DNA from: a virus
Taxonomy: Duplodnaviria > Caudoviricetes
DNA length: 60,317 nt
IMG/VR virus record: IMGVR_UViG_3300050120_000105
Coordinates: 1 to 60,317 of that record
Strand: one strand, 5' to 3'
The translations under genes were made by a program, and so were the position numbers. The stretch's first letter is position 1, and each line of letters opens with the position of its first letter. Below, in pieces: positions 28,194 through 37,310 of this stretch. Below the pieces are notes generated by a model that saw only the letters and a list, made by a program, of their open reading frames with translations, searched no databases and had not been told where the DNA came from.

Positions 28194-29785
28194 GCCCCGT
28201 GCACGATCGGCGTATCGAGGAACGCCTGGTTGAGACCCGTCGTCATGCCTGCAACCCACGATAATTCGAAGACCCAATCACGTCCTTGGCCCAAGCCCCG
28301 CCAGCGCAGCATCGATCGATAATGCCCGGCGCTCGCCAGTTCCTTGAATCGATAATTACCGAAGGTCTCGCCGCCATTCTTGGATACGCGGAGTGCGATC
28401 TGAGGCGGACCCATTTTGACCTGCGGACCCCAAGAAAGATTACGACCTATTCCAGTTTCCTGTCCCGGCGTGACGGTCCATCCAGGAGCCGGCGTTAAAA
28501 CGATAGGTGGCAGTGCCGTTCCGAACCCCGAACTCCATGGCGACGATATCTGCGGCAGCTCGGACGAACCCGGCAATATGCCAGTCGCCATGTCCGCCGT
28601 GAAGCACGGCACCGTGATTTGATGCATCTCGTTGACGACATGCGGGAACGAGCGGATGCAGGAAATCGGCTGGCCGTTGTCGAACATGTAATTCGGATCG
28701 AGCGCGTAGATCTGCCCCGTTGCCCAATCCATTCCCACGTTGGTATCATAGGCAAAGGCATGGAACGCTACGCGCTCGCGATTGAGCTTGCCGTTCTGGT
28801 CGGTATAGGCGCGCTCATGCCACTGGCCGGTCGCGCGATCATAACCCCATGATTTATTGGCGCTTGGAAAATGAATCACCACGAAACTGTGGCCGCCCTG
28901 CTGGTAGGTGTAGCAGATTGCATCCGACCGCGTCGGATAGGTCAGCCATTCGTCTTCCAGCGCGTAGGTCGAGATGCGCTTGGCACCATAGCCCTCGATC
29001 ATGATCATGATCGCGCGCCCGTCCTTGTTCTGATCCAACCAACCTGCGTTTACGTCCTGTGTCCAAACTGAGAAGGGCGCAATAGTGCCATGGGGCACGA
29101 TCTGGCCGAATACTTCCTCAAGCGGAAAAATCGGATCGCCGGCGTTGAACCACGGTTCAGCGGTCATGGTGCCAACTGGCCATAGCGTGCGCTGGCAAGC
29201 GATGATGGCCTGGATTGGATCGCCGAACGTTCCTTTCGAGGCTTGGTCGAGCGCATTGAAAGCGACTTGTTCGGAAAGCGAGCAGTAGAAATTATTGGTG
29301 CCTATTTCATTGAAGAAGAAGAACGTGTCGAAGAAAGTTACCCGCGTCGATCCTGAAAACAATCCCGTAGTATCGACGATCTGCGTCATCTGGCGCGACG
29401 TCATGTTGATCTGGTAGCCGAGCGGCGAATTGTCGACGAGGACAATCTCGTTGCCGTTCGACTGGCCATTGTCGTCCATCGATACCGGCGTGAACTGGTT
29501 CTGGATCACGCCGATCTGGTTGAAATTCCAGTTCTTGTCGATGTAGTAGACGTTCGGCCCTGCCACGCCATAGAGGTCGCCGTTGGATACCCGGAAAACA
29601 CCGCGGCCCCGTCCCGGCACTGGGGGCGCCCCGAGCGGCCTGTTGCCCGGCCGGACGTAGTGAGTGAACGGCGATTCCGGATCGGATTCTTCCGGGTTGT
29701 TTTCGCAATAGGTATTGACCGAGCGCTGCGCGTTGGCGATCAGCGAGCGGTTCTGGTAGGCACCGGAATTGAGCGGAATCTTCAC
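28190..29785 (-). CDS. Packaged-DNA stabilization / head completion protein (P22 gp10-like)
   Basis: QRSVN, RG.F, VSMDDNG, YQQGGHSF, WRGLGQGRDWVFEL. Confidence 0.88.
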   Translation of the reverse strand: MKIPLNSGAYQNRSLIANAQRSVNTYCENNPEESDPESPFTHYVRPGNRPLGAPPVPGRGRGVFRVSNGDLYGVAGPNVYYIDKNWNFNQIGVIQNQFTPVSMDDNGQSNGNEIVLVDNSPLGYQINMTSRQMTQIVDTTGLFSGSTRVTFFDTFFFFNEIGTNNFYCSLSEQVAFNALDQASKGTFGDPIQAIIACQRTLWPVGTMTAEPWFNAGDPIFPLEEVFGQIVPHGTIAPFSVWTQDVNAGWLDQNKDGRAIMIMIEGYGAKRISTYALEDEWLTYPTRSDAICYTYQQGGHSFVVIHFPSANKSWGYDRATGQWHERAYTDQNGKLNRERVAFHAFAYDTNVGMDWATGQIYALDPNYMFDNGQPISCIRSFPHVVNEMHQITVPCFTADMATGILPGSSELPQISSPWSSGFGTALPPIVLTPAPGWTVTPGQETGIGRNLSWGPQVKMGPPQIALRVSKNGGETFGNYRFKELASAGHYRSMLRWRGLGQGRDWVFELSWVAGMTTGLNQAFLDTPIVHGA

Positions 29786-30240
29786 GTTTTGATTTCGGTC
29801 GCGGTGGTGAAGTAGAACGTCGTCTTGGCATTGAACGGAACTGAAAACGCATCGTTCTCATTCAATCGGTTGATGGTGCCCCCGGGCGGCGGATAGACCA
29901 GAAGCGCCTGCGCTGGATCGTCATTGAAGACGAGTTGGATCTGTCCTGGTTGCAAAGCGGAAAGCAACGCTCCGCTGCCCGCAGGAACATGATCGAATTC
30001 ATTCCAGTCCGCATTGAGCTGCAGCGCAGTCGCCTGGTTATTCCCCGTCGCGGAGAGACTTTTATCGACGACACCTGCGGCCAACGAGGACGTCGCATGG
30101 TTGAGCAGATTGAGCAGGAATTGGTAGCCCGTATCACTGAGGGCATAGTCGACGCCAGAATTCTTCGGATCCGGCGGATTGACGAACGGGACCTGCGGCG
30201 GTGGCAGGTTGCGGCCGGAGACATTGACGACCGATCCCAT
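29782..30240 (-). CDS. Structural protein, paralog of 30637..31101
   Basis: Shared A.G..QATA.QL...L.VYP...TIN domain. Confidence 0.7.
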   Translation of the reverse strand: MGSVVNVSGRNLPPPQVPFVNPPDPKNSGVDYALSDTGYQFLLNLLNHATSSLAAGVVDKSLSATGNNQATALQLNADWNEFDHVPAGSGALLSALQPGQIQLVFNDDPAQALLVYPPPGGTINRLNENDAFSVPFNAKTTFYFTTATEIKT

Positions 30241-30437
30241 CAGACGGAATCCCTTTCCCAGACCAGCGACAGATTCCGCTTCGAGGCTTCCGCCAACGCT
30301 TCAAGCGCGGTGGCATGTTCGTTGCGCGGCGCATTTTCCGGTCGCGACTTCAGCGACGTATAGAACTTGCCGTCGACCTTCCAGCCGTAGATCGCCTTCC
30401 GCACCTTTCTCAAATGCGAATTAGCGTTGATCGACAT
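30240..30437 (-). CDS. hypothetical protein
   Basis: Coupled ORF. Confidence 0.55.
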   Translation of the reverse strand: MSINANSHLRKVRKAIYGWKVDGKFYTSLKSRPENAPRNEHATALEALAEASKRNLSLVWERDSV

Positions 30438-30633
30438 GGCTCAACAGGCCTTTCGGCAATGGCGGTATCCACAGCACGCTCGCCAGACGCCGCGAGCGCT
30501 TGACGGCGGCGACCGCTTCGTCCGCGCTGTCGTAAGCGACGGCAGGGCGCACCGGCGCATCCGGCGGATAGCGGCTGATCAGGAAACCGCGGCGCGGATC
30601 ATGCCAGCCATAGAAATGATGTTCTGTCCGCAA
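30421..30633 (-). CDS. hypothetical protein
   Basis: Fills operon gap. Confidence 0.5.
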   Translation of the reverse strand: MRTEHHFYGWHDPRRGFLISRYPPDAPVRPAVAYDSADEAVAAVKRSRRLASVLWIPPLPKGLLSHVDQR

Positions 30634-30636
30634 GGG

Positions 30637-31101
30637 CTACTTCGACGCCCAGACGCCGGCCTTGGCACAGGAAAAATATTGCAGGACGTGCGTGGCGATT
30701 CCGCTGGTAAGCGACGTGCCGTTATTGATGGTGTCCTGTGCCGCGGTCACCGGGTTGTTCGCAACGGCGGGATAGACCGTCAGCGTCTGCGCACCGTTGT
30801 TATAAAGACTGAGTTCCGTGCCTGGCAAACAAGGAGGAAGATTGACCCCGGTGCTCGAGGCGACCGTATCGGCTTCGATCAGCGCAATGCCGCTCGGCAA
30901 TTGCGTTGCGGTCGCCTGTGTCGTGCCGGCAGCGGTAATACCCGACTGATAGCTGTTGTTTTGACCCCCGGCGAGGCCGAGCAGCCATACACCGTCCGGC
31001 ACTGCGTAACCATTGACGGGCGGGTTTCCTACCGCGAATGCCGCGCCCACGGCTGCGACGATCATCGCGCCGGCCAACATATTGAGGATGGTCTTGAACA
31101 T
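30637..31101 (-). CDS. Signal-peptide-bearing structural/decoration protein
   Basis: GGAG RBS; signal peptide ending AFA. Confidence 0.75.
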   Translation of the reverse strand: MFKTILNMLAGAMIVAAVGAAFAVGNPPVNGYAVPDGVWLLGLAGGQNNSYQSGITAAGTTQATATQLPSGIALIEADTVASSTGVNLPPCLPGTELSLYNNGAQTLTVYPAVANNPVTAAQDTINNGTSLTSGIATHVLQYFSCAKAGVWASK

Positions 31102-31121
31102 ATCGGTTCTCCGCGGGAGGG

Positions 31122-31346
31122 TCAGGGGATTTCGATGAACTCGGGCTCATAACCAAACTTGCGGTAAATCACTTCGGCCATTTCGCGCGTGGCACCAATC
31201 GTCGCGCTAAGCATGATGATCGCTCCATCAGGATTTACTTTTCCGTTACGTATCGGAACCTTGATCTTCTTTGGGCGCTTATCCGGCGGTCCCTGAATAG
31301 GGATCAAAATGCCGCGGTCCGATTTGACGTAATCGAGCGTCGTCAT
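31122..31346 (-). CDS. hypothetical protein
   Basis: ATGA coupling. Confidence 0.55.
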   Translation of the reverse strand: MTTLDYVKSDRGILIPIQGPPDKRPKKIKVPIRNGKVNPDGAIIMLSATIGATREMAEVIYRKFGYEPEFIEIP

Positions 31347-32122
31347 GGCGTATCGCTGCGATAGTTGTATGACGACCCGCTATTGCGGATCAGTTCGCGC
31401 GGATAGCGCAGCGTCGGAATCTGCGCGTTGGCTTTGCGGATGATGTTCTTGCCCTGCGCGGCGAGGATGTTCAAATCCGGATCGCGCTGCATCTGGAATG
31501 CGACGCGAAACCGGCGCGCGAGGCACCATTTCAGCGCGGCGCCGTATTCCGGCGGAAAGGCTACAGTCTCCTGCAATGCGGGGAAGCGCTGCAGCGTCTG
31601 CTTGCAGAGAATATGAAGCTCATAGATGCCGGCCTGCGGCACCGGCCATGGCCTCAACTTCCCGATCGGCCAGCCCGGATCGTAGAATACCGCGGACGAA
31701 AACGTGCCCAGCGTCTTCAGGCGAATCGCTGCATAGTCCTCATGCGCGTCGATGACTTCCAGCGGCCAATCGAATGGCTGTGTTCCGGCATTCGGCGCCG
31801 GGGAGCCATTGTTGACGACCTGGCGTAGAAACGCGAATTCCAGACGATCGGGCCGCGGATTGATATCGTAGTTCTGGCCCGCGCCGACCGTGTAGCTTTG
31901 CGCTCCGGTCGACGTAAACCCGTAATCCACCAGCTGATAGACCATATAGCGCTCATGCTGCCATTGCGCGATCAGGTCGTTGGCGATGTTGAGCGAGAGG
32001 TTGATGACCGGCTGCTCGATACTCTCGTCGATCCCGACGATGCCACCGATCATCAAGGCTTCCGCCAGCAGCGCCGAGACAACATACGGCGCCGGCAGCT
32101 GCTGAGCGGGAGCGTTGGGCAT
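31343..32122 (-). CDS. Head-tail adaptor (gp4-like)
   Basis: ANDLIAQWQ, FYDPGWP, FPPEYGAALKWCLA. Confidence 0.75.
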   Translation of the reverse strand: MPNAPAQQLPAPYVVSALLAEALMIGGIVGIDESIEQPVINLSLNIANDLIAQWQHERYMVYQLVDYGFTSTGAQSYTVGAGQNYDINPRPDRLEFAFLRQVVNNGSPAPNAGTQPFDWPLEVIDAHEDYAAIRLKTLGTFSSAVFYDPGWPIGKLRPWPVPQAGIYELHILCKQTLQRFPALQETVAFPPEYGAALKWCLARRFRVAFQMQRDPDLNILAAQGKNIIRKANAQIPTLRYPRELIRNSGSSYNYRSDTP

Positions 32123-32776
32123 TTACAGGCCGAGTTCTTTCTTGATGCGGTCGTTACTCCAGCGCTTGTCGACCTTGACGTTGTTGGTCTCGGCCAATTC
32201 GATCAGGGCGTCACGTTCGATGTCTTTGAAAGCCGAAAAAACTTCCTCTGGGGATCCTACTTCGTCCAACGCAACTATCGCAGCGGCCTTCTGTGCCGGT
32301 GTCGGGTTGTTCTGCGGAAACGAAGCCATAACTGCCGCGACTATAGCGGCAATCGTGGCAGGATCGACAGCGCCCGAGCCCTGCTGTTTGGAGGCCATCG
32401 TTCGAGCAATGACCTCGCCGAGAACCTGCGTTTCGGTTTTCACCGGCAGCGACTTGCCGGTCATGTCGATGCGCGGCTTGTTCGGCGTCGGCGACCATTC
32501 GGGGCCCAGCGCCAGCACTTCTTCCTTGCTGTTGACGATCTTTGGCTCAAGGGTCTTGTGATAGACCCAGGCCGGGAACGCCTGATAGCGGTGGGCACGG
32601 AAGTATTGACCGTAATGTTTGTGCTTCTTGAAGGCCGCATAATCGTTGATGCGCGGCGGATCGATATCGGGCTGCCACTCATCATCGGCATAATTAGGCG
32701 TAGTCGCCCAGTCACCAGGCGACCACTTGTCGACGTGAATCCCCTCGGTCAGGGCTTCGTTGAGTTCTTCAGACAT
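32123..32776 (-). CDS. hypothetical head-region protein
   Basis: GGAG RBS; FPAWVYH motif; C-terminal VKVDKRWS domain. Confidence 0.7.
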   Translation of the reverse strand: MSEELNEALTEGIHVDKWSPGDWATTPNYADDEWQPDIDPPRINDYAAFKKHKHYGQYFRAHRYQAFPAWVYHKTLEPKIVNSKEEVLALGPEWSPTPNKPRIDMTGKSLPVKTETQVLGEVIARTMASKQQGSGAVDPATIAAIVAAVMASFPQNNPTPAQKAAAIVALDEVGSPEEVFSAFKDIERDALIELAETNNVKVDKRWSNDRIKKELGL

Positions 32777-32794
32777 TTGTTTTCCTCCAGAAAA

Positions 32795-33802
32795 TTATTT
32801 CGGGGTGATCGTCGATCCAAGCGTCGAGGTGCCTTGACCCTGGTTGCCGACAGACTTGTCCGGATGCACATCGACCGGGCCTTGCCTGGTGGTCCAGTCT
32901 TCCGGGCCGATTTTTGCATCCGCTTCTTGAGCGGCGACGGGATGCTCAACCGACGCCTGATACTTGGTGGCCGCCTGAACCTCGAACATCTCCGACCGAT
33001 GCGGTTCAGTACCGGATGTCTTCCCGGACTTTACCGCATCGAGGGATTTACGCTCGTCCTCAAGCTCTTTTTCCCGCTGCTTGATTTTCGCCTCGCGGCG
33101 CTCGACGACGATTTCCGCGATGCGCTTGTCGCTGGTTTCGCGATGCTTCGCTTGGAGTTCTTCATGGTAAGCGCTCTCTGCTTCCCATCGCTCGGACGCA
33201 GAAACGCTATCGGCCGCCTTGGTGTCCGCGTGCTCGCCCATCGCCCGCTTTTCTTCGGCCTCGTCATGAACCAGGACCATGAGCGCACCGTCATGACGCC
33301 GCACATGATGGGTGAAACCTGGAACGCCGACGACGGCACCTCTCGGAACGGTCAAATTGTCACCGTCCTTTTTCAGTTCGGATTTGCCGGGATTTTTCTC
33401 GGCCGAGCTACGCTGCTCGATGTCTTTTTCGGTTTCCCAATCGCCGGTTTCACGAACCTCACCGAGATTCCGGTTGATGCTGACATGCGATTCATCATGC
33501 GGCACAATCCATTTGGGATATTCCGCGCCAACGTCCGGATGAGCAGCGAAGGGCTGCTGCTCAATGCCGATCAGATGGCCGGTTGAGCCGTCTTTCAACA
33601 GCCCATCATGGGCCCCGGGCGGGTTTTTAACGCCCTCGATGATTTCCTTGTTGTAATCGGAAACCACGTCGGGATGTACGAACCCGGTTGGATTCAAGTC
33701 CGGCCGCCGCGCCCCGCCCGGCGTTCGGCCATCGGGCTTTACCAACGGAGGCGGCGGTGCGGTCGGCGTTTCGATATCGGTTTCCGGAAAATTGGTGGTC
33801 AT
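32795..33802 (-). CDS. hypothetical head-region protein
   Basis: AAGGAG RBS; EYPKW motif. Confidence 0.7.
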   Translation of the reverse strand: MTTNFPETDIETPTAPPPPLVKPDGRTPGGARRPDLNPTGFVHPDVVSDYNKEIIEGVKNPPGAHDGLLKDGSTGHLIGIEQQPFAAHPDVGAEYPKWIVPHDESHVSINRNLGEVRETGDWETEKDIEQRSSAEKNPGKSELKKDGDNLTVPRGAVVGVPGFTHHVRRHDGALMVLVHDEAEEKRAMGEHADTKAADSVSASERWEAESAYHEELQAKHRETSDKRIAEIVVERREAKIKQREKELEDERKSLDAVKSGKTSGTEPHRSEMFEVQAATKYQASVEHPVAAQEADAKIGPEDWTTRQGPVDVHPDKSVGNQGQGTSTLGSTITPK

Positions 33803-33840
33803 TTGGTGTTCTCCTTAAGCTAGATGACGTTTGAAGGACC

Positions 33841-35100
33841 CTACAAGCTGTCCAGCGTGGCGACGGCCCATTCGCCTCTTGGCCAAAAATACCCGAAAAG
33901 TACGTCGACACGGTCGACGGCCTGGTCGGTCCCCGACTCATAGACCACCAACGACCGCAGCGAACATCGATCGAACTCATGGCGTGCCGCTTCGACCACG
34001 CCCCTGCCATTGGAGGGCATCCACAACGGGGCAATCACCAGCGACACCGCCTCGCGCTGGAACGCGATCGATTGCCGATAGGTCACGCTGGCATTGGCGA
34101 ATGGTGTGATAACCGCGTTATTCGCAGGCGATGCCGTCACCGTCATGTAGGCCTGCGCGGTATAGGGCAGTCCCGCGTAGGGAACGCTGGATGCCGGCGG
34201 AATCAGCGCCGGATAGATCGGGATCGAGGTCGCCCCGCTAAGCACGTTCGCCGTGACGGTGAACTGGCGTGCGAGACCGGTTGACGCAAACGTGGTGCGG
34301 TTGACGGCGAGAACGCCGGCCACGGTGATGATGTCACCCTGGTTCAGCGTGCCAGACAACGCCGAGGTCGTGATCGCGGTGCCGGTCTGGTTGGCGCCGC
34401 TGACGGTCGCGGTGGTAGCCGATCCCGTCGTATGCTTGATCACCGTCTGGTCCCGGAACATGTCGAAACCGAGCGCGTTTTTCATCGTTCCGGTCATGTA
34501 CTGGCTGGAAATGCGCGTTGCCGGGTTGAACTGCCCAGCGAGTGAAGACACCAACTTGGCATCGGTATGCGGATCATTGGCGAGCTTGCGCGCATCCATC
34601 GTTCCGAGATCGGGCGCCGAGTTGTCGTCGAGCAGCGCACCGGCATTCAGAACCGGGGCCTGGTTGATGGCGAGGATGTTGTTGTTGGCATCGACATTGG
34701 CGGTCGCGTTGCAGATGGCACCCTGAGATGAGAACATCAGGGTCTGGGCGACGTTGCCGGCGAGCTTGTTCATGCGCGGCATGATGAAGCGTTCGCTGTA
34801 GTCCTCGATCGAAAGCGTGCGCTCAGCCGTGGTAAAGGCAATGTCGATGTGGCGCTGGGTTGCGACTGTCAGCACCACCTGTTGCTCGATGGTATCCTGC
34901 AGCGACAATGCCGGGCCGTCGCTCGGCGCATAGTCGTTCGGAATACGAACGCGCAGCTGGGCGCCAATCTTGGCGCCTTCCTGGCCGAAGCGGTCATCGT
35001 AATCGCGATTGACCGACATCATGAACATGTTGGAGTTGAGAAAAAGCGGGACGGAATACCGAGTGATCATGCTCGGCGTAAGCAGGTTATTGCCGGCCAT
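33841..35100 (-). CDS. Major capsid protein (P22 coat/gp5 family)
   Basis: NNLLT, VNRDYD, KIGAQLRVRIP, GDIITVAGV, RVDVLFG. Confidence 0.92.
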   Translation of the reverse strand: MAGNNLLTPSMITRYSVPLFLNSNMFMMSVNRDYDDRFGQEGAKIGAQLRVRIPNDYAPSDGPALSLQDTIEQQVVLTVATQRHIDIAFTTAERTLSIEDYSERFIMPRMNKLAGNVAQTLMFSSQGAICNATANVDANNNILAINQAPVLNAGALLDDNSAPDLGTMDARKLANDPHTDAKLVSSLAGQFNPATRISSQYMTGTMKNALGFDMFRDQTVIKHTTGSATTATVSGANQTGTAITTSALSGTLNQGDIITVAGVLAVNRTTFASTGLARQFTVTANVLSGATSIPIYPALIPPASSVPYAGLPYTAQAYMTVTASPANNAVITPFANASVTYRQSIAFQREAVSLVIAPLWMPSNGRGVVEAARHEFDRCSLRSLVVYESGTDQAVDRVDVLFGYFWPRGEWAVATLDSL

Positions 35101-35397
35101 CGGGTTGGCTCCAAAGATTAGGCGGCGCCACCTCTAAGGGCGCACGGATGAAGGGGGATGCGACACGAACGGTCGCGGTGTCTCTCGCAAGCCCGATTGC
35201 GAGAAAAACGGAAGTGGCGGGACGGAAAACCCGGTTCTCGATATCCGGTTCGGATCGGTGATCATCGTAGCGGCGCGCAGTCACCGCATTATCAGACCTG
35301 CGAAGCTCGCAATAACGCTTGCGAGAAAGAGCGGGTTTCTTGAACCTTGCACCGCGTCGCTGTAGTCGCGGAATTTACCAGCGCGTGCCTCCGTTGA

Positions 35398-35430
35398 CTG
35401 CGCGACGCGAAGCCGCTTTGCGCAGCGCCG
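35398..35430 (+). mobile_element. 33-bp palindromic mini-element copy in capsid leader
   Basis: CTGCGCGACGCGAAGCCGCTTTGCGCAGCGCCG. Confidence 0.85.
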
Positions 35431-35452
35431 TCGACGGAGTTTATAGACTTTT

Positions 35453-35677
35453 CTAGAGTTGCTTCTTGATCGCGATCTCAACGCAGCGCATATGGCGGCC
35501 GAACGAATCCGGCATGATCGCCCATGTGACCTCGTAACCCTCGATGCGCGCCTTCGACATTATGACGCAAATTTGGTCGAGCAGCGGACCTATCTCGGCA
35601 CGTAATTCAGCGGCGATCACTGCATCGGTACGGATCGGCTGGACGTTTCCAGTGTCGTCATCGACGGCTTTCAGCAT
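35453..35677 (-). CDS. hypothetical protein
   Basis: Starts immediately after scaffold stop. Confidence 0.55.
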   Translation of the reverse strand: MLKAVDDDTGNVQPIRTDAVIAAELRAEIGPLLDQICVIMSKARIEGYEVTWAIMPDSFGRHMRCVEIAIKKQL

Positions 35678-36550
35678 TTATCCGGTCCGTTTCATATACT
35701 TCGATTTGTACCAGGCCTCCCATGCCTTATCGTCCATTTTCGCATCACCGTCCGGCGTGGTCGGATCGACCTCCGGTGCGGAAGCGAGCGGCGCAAGGCG
35801 AGGCGCGGGCGCGGGTGCTTTGCTGATCGCAGCAGGCTTCGGCGCTTCAGGTTTGATTTCGGTCTTTGGCGCATCGGCCATTCGGGTCAGCTCCGCAATG
35901 CGGCGGCGGGAATCCATACCGACCAGGGATGCCGCCTTTTCAGGATCCTTGGCGAGCTTGTCGACGAGAATATGAGCGCCGGCCTTGTCGACCGCGAGCA
36001 GATCGGCCACGAAATCGTCGTTGGTGGTGGCGCCGACCGCGGCGAGAATGTCGAGCGACTGCGCAAAGTCGGGAAATGCCGACATGCCGGCATTGCGCAC
36101 GCCGACGGTATCTTCGACGAAGCGATCGTGCGCCGCCTGCGCCTTGACGGCGGCCTGGAATTCGGTTGGTACGGGCGCGGCGGGAGCGGCTGGTTTAGGT
36201 GCCGCTGCTGGGACCGCCGGATCCGCCTGCATGCGCTCGATGATGGCCTGCAGATCGGCGGCCTTCTGTTCGGCGGCCTCGCGGGCGGCGCGCTCCTGGC
36301 GTTTTTCCTCGCGCACTTCCCCGACAACCTTCTGAAAGGTTTTCATCGGCATCATGAGTGGGGCGGGTGCGGACGGCGCTGGATCGGCAACAGCGGCGGG
36401 ATCGGCCGCCGGGTCCGCGACAGGATCGACAACGGGATCGGCTGCGACAGGATCGGCGGCGAGAACCGGATCGATGGGGTCGATGATGGCTGCGGGTTCA
36501 TCCGGCGCTCGAAGCGCAGACGACAAATACAAATGGCGAAGGATATCCAT
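35678..36550 (-). CDS. Scaffolding protein
   Basis: Acidic ADP-repeat N-terminus, coiled coil; between portal and coat. Confidence 0.8.
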   Translation of the reverse strand: MDILRHLYLSSALRAPDEPAAIIDPIDPVLAADPVAADPVVDPVADPAADPAAVADPAPSAPAPLMMPMKTFQKVVGEVREEKRQERAAREAAEQKAADLQAIIERMQADPAVPAAAPKPAAPAAPVPTEFQAAVKAQAAHDRFVEDTVGVRNAGMSAFPDFAQSLDILAAVGATTNDDFVADLLAVDKAGAHILVDKLAKDPEKAASLVGMDSRRRIAELTRMADAPKTEIKPEAPKPAAISKAPAPAPRLAPLASAPEVDPTTPDGDAKMDDKAWEAWYKSKYMKRTG

Positions 36551-36558
36551 GGACGACC

Positions 36559-37049
36559 TCAGTGTCTGGTTGCGGTTGTGCTCAAAAGCTTCTGGACCAG
36601 CGACGGCTCGGCATGATTGCCGTAGGTGGTCGCGATCTCTTTGACCTCGAAGGCGTCGCCGGCGAATTGCTGGCTGTCCTTGTTCAATTGAACCGGCGTG
36701 TGTTGCGAATTGATGCCGATGATTTGCTGGACGCAGAGCGCCTTATGGATGCGCTCCTTATCGGTTTCACGGACATCTGCCCGCGCCAGCAGACCCGCGA
36801 GTTCGCACCGGACATCCTCGGCAAAATTCTGGTAATGCGACTCGACGTAGCATGCTTGCGGATCTGCGCCGCAGCGGAAACCGATCTCGGACCAGAACGC
36901 GCGGAATTTCTCCGACCGACCAGCATCGCCCAACAGCCCCTTGCGGCATTGCTCGAAGAAGGCGCCAGCCATCTCCTTGCATTCATGATCAAAGAACTTG
37001 ATCAGCTTGCGGACTTCAGAGTTGGTCAGGCGTTCGCCGTCGACGATCA
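36559..37049 (-). CDS. hypothetical protein
   Basis: Probable start MIVDGERL at 37049. Confidence 0.6.
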
Positions 37050-37310
37050 TGCTAACCAGTCTCCCAACACTGCCGTTTGTCGGGACCTCTCTATCGGAGC
37101 AATGCGGCTTCCGGGAAATGTCAATTCCGTATAATGAAAGGCATCTCTGCGAATTTCTCCGACTTCCGTAAACCAAACGGTCTCGATGATTCCATCTCCC
37201 GAGCCGCTGATTGCCGTGATCGTCATTGTCGGGCCACCACTGTTCAAGCGCGCCGGCCGGCCCTTTCCAATCGCACTTTTGATCTCGTCGAATCTGGGAT
37301 CTGGGCTCAT
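37047..37310 (-). CDS. YodC/DUF2158-like protein
   Basis: LNSGGPTMTI...VWF...F..L motif. Confidence 0.65.
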   Translation of the reverse strand: MSPDPRFDEIKSAIGKGRPARLNSGGPTMTITAISGSGDGIIETVWFTEVGEIRRDAFHYTELTFPGSRIAPIERSRQTAVLGDWLA

